From Verrucomicrobiota bacterium (lineage in GTDB: Bacteria; Verrucomicrobiota; Verrucomicrobiia; Limisphaerales; CANJSG01), in contig JBBQXJ010000114.1 in assembly GCA_038209745.1 (NCBI GenBank), positions 1 to 10,286 on the forward strand: a stretch of 10,286 nucleotides of DNA, given 5' to 3'. The notes below the pieces were generated by a model. It made no database searches. It was not told the origin of the DNA and saw nothing but the letters and a program-made list of their open reading frames with translations. A program made the translations under genes and the position numbers. Of this stretch, positions 6,911 through 10,286 are shown piece by piece (within the stretch, counting starts at the first letter, position 1; each line of letters opens with the position of its first letter).

Positions 6911-7831
6911 GTGTTCTCTTCGGAAAAAGTCATCAGCGCGACCACGCGCTTCTGCGCGGTCTACGGGCATCCGATCAAACACTCGGCGTCGCCCGCCATG
7001 CAGAATGCGGGCATGGCCGCCTTGGATCTGCCTTGGCGCTATCTTGCCTTCGACGTGGCGCCGGACGACCTGGGCGCCGCAATCAAAGGCGCCGCCGCCA
7101 TGCGCTTCATCGGCTTGAACCTGACCGTCCCCCACAAGCTGCTGGCCGTCGACATGGTGGACGATCTCGACGCTTCAGCCCGGGTTTGGGGCGCGGTCAA
7201 CACGGTGCGTTTCGAGGCTCGGACCACGGTGGACGGCGAGTGGACACCGCTGCACGACGTGCCCGCAGACGAGGTGGTGGAGACACGCTCGGTGGGGTTC
7301 AACACCGACGCCGACGCGATCATCCAGGCGGTGCGGGAGGACCTGGAGTTCGAACCGCTCGGAGGCAAAGTCCTGCTGCTGGGAGCCGGTGGCGCGGGCC
7401 GTGTGGCCGCTCTGCGGTTGGCGGCGGAAGGCGTGGGGCGTCTCTGGCTGGTCAACCGGACCAAGGCCAAAGCCGAAGCGGTCGCGGGGGACATCCGCCA
7501 GCGCTTCCCGGGCACCCACGTCACCGTGGGTTATCCGGACGAGCCGGTGGATCTCGTCCTGAACGCCACGTCGTTGGGGCTCAAGCCGGAAGACGCGCTG
7601 CCGTTGGACGTGGAGATGTTCGATTTGAAACAGGCTCGGTTCGCCTACGACATGGTCTATCGACCGGCGGAGACGCCCTTCTTGGAGCTGGCCGACAAGG
7701 CCGGTCTGAAGACGGCCAACGGTCTCGGAATGCTCCTGTATCAGGGCGCGAAGGCGCTGGAGATCTGGAGCGGTCGACCCGCGCCGGTCGACGCGATGCG
7801 CAAGGCGTTGAAGAAGGCGATCTACGGATGA
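6911..7831 (+). CDS. aroE: Shikimate dehydrogenase (start uncertain: GTG 6911 preferred, GTG 6854 possible)
   Basis: GHPIKHSASPAMQN, GLNLTVPHK, GAVNT, GFNTD, LLGAGGAG, NRT, NATSLG, DMVYRP.ETPFL, GLGMLLYQGA. Confidence 0.95.
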   Translation: MFSSEKVISATTRFCAVYGHPIKHSASPAMQNAGMAALDLPWRYLAFDVAPDDLGAAIKGAAAMRFIGLNLTVPHKLLAVDMVDDLDASARVWGAVNTVRFEARTTVDGEWTPLHDVPADEVVETRSVGFNTDADAIIQAVREDLEFEPLGGKVLLLGAGGAGRVAALRLAAEGVGRLWLVNRTKAKAEAVAGDIRQRFPGTHVTVGYPDEPVDLVLNATSLGLKPEDALPLDVEMFDLKQARFAYDMVYRPAETPFLELADKAGLKTANGLGMLLYQGAKALEIWSGRPAPVDAMRKALKKAIYG

Positions 7832-7877
7832 AAGCGAAGGACCAGTGCGGAACGGGGATCCACAGGACGGCGGGCGG

Positions 7878-7917
7878 GCCCGCCCCCGGCCCCTCCGCCA
7901 AGGGGCCGGGGGTGGGT
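7878..7917. repeat. 17-bp GC-rich stem-loop between aroE and pilD
   Basis: GCCCGCCCCCGGCCCCT-CCGCCA-AGGGGCCGGGGGTGGGT: 15 Watson-Crick and 2 G-T pairs, favouring folding of the + strand. Confidence 0.6.
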
Positions 7918-7967
7918 TGCACCTCACGCACGACAACCCTCCTTCTCGCCTTGGCCTGATTCCACCC

Positions 7968-9122
7968 ATGGACATCTTCTCCAACATGTTCGACGCGGAG
8001 CGCTGGGCGGCGGTGCCGTTCCACTTCTGGTCGGTCGTCTTCTTCGCGTTCGGCAGCATCTGCGGGAGCTTCTTCAACGTCTGCATCTACCGGATGCCGC
8101 TGAACCAGAGCGTCGTCTCGCCGCCGTCGCACTGTCCGCACTGCAAGTATTCCATCCCGTTCTACCTGAACATCCCGCTGTTCACCTGGCTGTGGTTGCG
8201 GGGGAAATGCGCCAACTGCAAGGCGCCCATTTCGCCGCGCTACTTCCTCGTCGAGCTGTTGACCGGAATTCTGTTCCTCGTCTGCTGGCTGCTCTACGGA
8301 CACAGCAGCGTGGGCGTCGCTCTGGCCATGTGTACGCTGGTCAGCGGACTGCTGGTGGCGACGTTCATCGATCTGGAACACTTCATCATTCCCGACGAGA
8401 TCACTTTCGGCGGGATGGGCGTGGGCATGGTGTTCTCCTTCCTCCTGCCGGCGATGCACGGGGCGAAGGACTCGGTCGATTCGATGAAGGCCGGCTTCTG
8501 GGGACTCGCCATCGGCGGCGGCGTGGTCTACGCGGTCCTGCGCGGAGGCAAGCTGCTCTTCGGCAAACAGAAGATCGCGCTCGAGCCCGACAGCAGGATC
8601 GTCTTCGGCGAGACAGGGCTGACCCTGCCCGATCAGGAGATCCTCTTCGAAGACCTCTTCTACCGGAACAGCGACGTCATTTGCTTCCACGCGAAGAGCC
8701 TCACCCTGCCCGCCAAGACCTACACGGACGTCGAAGTGTCCCTGTCACCGATCCTGCTGAAAGTGGGCGACGAGGAATTCAAGCCTGAGGAAGTCGGCGC
8801 CATGGAAGCAGTGACGGACGGCATCGTCCTGCCGCGCGAAGCGATGGGTTTTGGCGACGTGAAGTTCGTGGCCGCCATCGGTGCCTTCACCGGATGGCAG
8901 GGCGCGATGTTCAGTTTGTTCGCCAGCAGCGTTCTCGGGGCTTTGGTGGGCGTGACGTTGATCGTGTGCAAGCGGCACGAATGGTCCGCGAAGATTCCCT
9001 ACGGACCCTACATCGCGGCGGCGGCGCTCGTCTGGGTCTTCGGTGGACGCGAACTCGCGGCGCCCATGTTCCAATCGATGCAGGACGTGTTTTCGTCGTC
9101 GGGTCCCGCACTGTCGCCGTAG
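7968..9122 (+). CDS. pilD: Prepilin peptidase / N-methyltransferase (peptidase A24A), 384 aa
   Basis: GSFFNVCIYRMP, SHCPHC, NIPLFTWLWLRGKCANCKAPISPRY, FIDLEHFIIPD (Asp 1), EAMGFGDVK (Asp 2), IPYGPYI, with multiple TM segments. Confidence 0.95.
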   Translation: MDIFSNMFDAERWAAVPFHFWSVVFFAFGSICGSFFNVCIYRMPLNQSVVSPPSHCPHCKYSIPFYLNIPLFTWLWLRGKCANCKAPISPRYFLVELLTGILFLVCWLLYGHSSVGVALAMCTLVSGLLVATFIDLEHFIIPDEITFGGMGVGMVFSFLLPAMHGAKDSVDSMKAGFWGLAIGGGVVYAVLRGGKLLFGKQKIALEPDSRIVFGETGLTLPDQEILFEDLFYRNSDVICFHAKSLTLPAKTYTDVEVSLSPILLKVGDEEFKPEEVGAMEAVTDGIVLPREAMGFGDVKFVAAIGAFTGWQGAMFSLFASSVLGALVGVTLIVCKRHEWSAKIPYGPYIAAAALVWVFGGRELAAPMFQSMQDVFSSSGPALSP

Positions 9123-9126
9123 GGAT

Positions 9127-9222
9127 GGTGCGCGGACGGTTGCGTCCGCGAGGCCGATACCGGCAGTCCATGGCGCTGGCTGGTTTCGGGGCTGAACTCG
9201 CTGACGAAACCGTGCGCGCTCC
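9127..9222. repeat. REPIN-like element, copy 2
   Basis: GGTGCGCGGACGGTTGCGTCCGCGAG (9127-9152) and inverted CTCGCTGACGAAACCGTGCGCGCTCC (9197-9222), 22/26 complementary. Starts 4 bp after the pilD stop. Confidence 0.8.
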
Positions 9223-9286
9223 GTACTTGGTCGAGAACCGCTTGATGGACTTCGGGCATCCCGATTCAACCGGGCGGATCTAACCC

Positions 9287-9667
9287 ATGACACTCAGTCG
9301 CTTTGTCGCTTTGATCGGATTCGCCTTCGCCGTCGGCTTGGCGCTGGGAGGCGGTCGCTGGGCCACGCGGCCGCTGCGGGTCTGCTGGACGGTGGTGTCG
9401 CAGCGGACGGACGACGACACGGAGGCGGCCAGCACGGTGAGCGGCCGGCTCACCCACGAAGAGGTCGAGGCGAAGTTCCCGTGGCGGATGGCCGCCTTGA
9501 CCCAGGACGGGGTTCCCCTCCCGCAGTTTGATTCCGGCGAATGGGCCGCGCGCGAGGCGAAGCGACGCTGCGGCCGGCTGGGGTTGCTGTTGAGGGTGGG
9601 TGTCGGCGGCAGCTACTACGCGTCGAAATGGGTGACGCGGCGGGAGGAGAAACTCGCCTCGGTTTGA
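9287..9667 (+). CDS. Hypothetical membrane protein, 126 aa
   Basis: N-terminal hydrophobic segment FVALIGFAFAVGLALGGG and a second weakly hydrophobic C-terminal segment. Third codon positions are strongly G/C like the neighbouring genes. No family recognised. Confidence 0.6.
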   Translation: MTLSRFVALIGFAFAVGLALGGGRWATRPLRVCWTVVSQRTDDDTEAASTVSGRLTHEEVEAKFPWRMAALTQDGVPLPQFDSGEWAAREAKRRCGRLGLLLRVGVGGSYYASKWVTRREEKLASV

Positions 9668-9685
9668 GCCGTGGCGTTGCTGTTG

Positions 9686-9976
9686 TCAGGCGGCACGACA
9701 ACGCCTTCCTTTCACATAATTCGCCACCATGACAATTGGGCAGTGCAGAATCCAACCGATTGCCAAGGCCGGAACACCAAAACTCAAGATGCAGACGAAG
9801 ATGCCGCCAATTACTTCTCCGAGGTTGGCTGGATCGCTAAATGCCACCACGAAAAGCCCTGCTGCCGGCACCACGCCCTGTTTGTCGATGTGACCGATGA
9901 ACCACGGAGGCACAAACAAGGCGAACGAGATCAAGAGCCAGAGCCGCGTGTTTGTTTTGAATCGCTTGAGTGCCAT
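9686..9976 (-). CDS. Hypothetical small membrane protein, 96 aa, probable integron cassette ORF
   Basis: Two to three hydrophobic segments (LWLLISFALFVPPWFI; VIGGIFVCILSFGVPALAIGWIL). GC is 50-55% in 9721-9840 versus about 72% in 9421-9480. The stop lies in GCC-TGA-C. Confidence 0.7.
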   Translation of the reverse strand: MALKRFKTNTRLWLLISFALFVPPWFIGHIDKQGVVPAAGLFVVAFSDPANLGEVIGGIFVCILSFGVPALAIGWILHCPIVMVANYVKGRRCRAA

Positions 9977-9996
9977 GCAATCTACGCGCGTCTTGC

Positions 9997-10109
9997 GCCG
10001 TATCGACCAAGCTCAGCGACAGCCACCGGAGCGGCAGGCGTGGAGACGGGCGGAGCGGACGAGGAGTGAGCACGGCCATCCGGTGTTGTGGGCATTGATC
10101 TTGTTTGGG
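9997..10109 (-). mobile_element. Degenerate attC-like recombination site
   Basis: 113-nt imperfect palindrome; minus strand CCCAAAC-AAGATCAATGC...GTCGCTGAGCTTGGTC-GATACGGC. Arms CAAGCTCA (10008-10015) / TGATCTTG (10096-10103) and CACCGGA (10024-10030) / TCCGGTG (10079-10085). Ends 20 nt before the ATG at 9976. Confidence 0.55.
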
Positions 10110-10112
10110 GGA

Positions 10113-10138
10113 CTTCCAAAAACCGACCTTTTTGGAAG
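10113..10138. repeat. Perfect 10-bp inverted repeat
   Basis: CTTCCAAAAA-CCGACC-TTTTTGGAAG. Confidence 0.7.
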
Positions 10139-10286
10139 CGGGGCGTTGAAAATGGAAATGGGAAAGCAAAGGGGAAGACCCGGGGTGGCCCGATGGAAGG
10201 GAGCGGCTGGATCTGCGAAGGACGGAAGGGGGTCGCGAGGTGTGAGGAAGGGGGTTATTGGGGGGGCGGGTCCGGCTTTTCGTCTG

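Noticed and set aside
7845..7967. Longer pilD N-terminus from the ORF track
   Set aside because: It crosses the GC hairpin and is low complexity. ATG 7968 (or 7986) fits the family.
4626..9293. Long antisense or off-frame ORFs over rlmN, tadA, aroE and pilD (e.g. 4696-5634, 7033-7959, 7581-8690)
   Set aside because: Shadows of well-supported genes, with no motifs.
10141..10286. G/purine-rich skewed tail (G-quadruplex or Rho site)
   Set aside because: Non-specific composition bias truncated by the window edge.
1..10286. CRISPR array
   Set aside because: No regularly spaced direct repeats with unique spacers, and no cas genes.

Overview
GC-rich bacterial chromosomal window. The PVC-type cytochrome/dehydrogenase gene and the style of the intergenic repeats suggest PVC superphylum, probably Verrucomicrobiota (inference). 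Left to right: att-like repeats beside tRNA-Glu(CTC) (-); a large PVC-type membrane-bound dehydrogenase/HEAT/CxxCH cytochrome protein (-); a cupin (-); then divergently an RlmN-family radical SAM methyltransferase, tadA, aroE, a pilD-like prepilin peptidase and a small hypothetical membrane protein (all +). At the right end a lower-GC small membrane-protein gene (-) is preceded by an attC-like imperfect palindrome, i.e. a probable stranded integron cassette. Almost every intergenic gap holds a palindromic element, including two copies of one ~97-bp REPIN-like family. No integrase, transposase, CRISPR array or clear novel multi-gene system is visible. The most interesting signals are non-coding.
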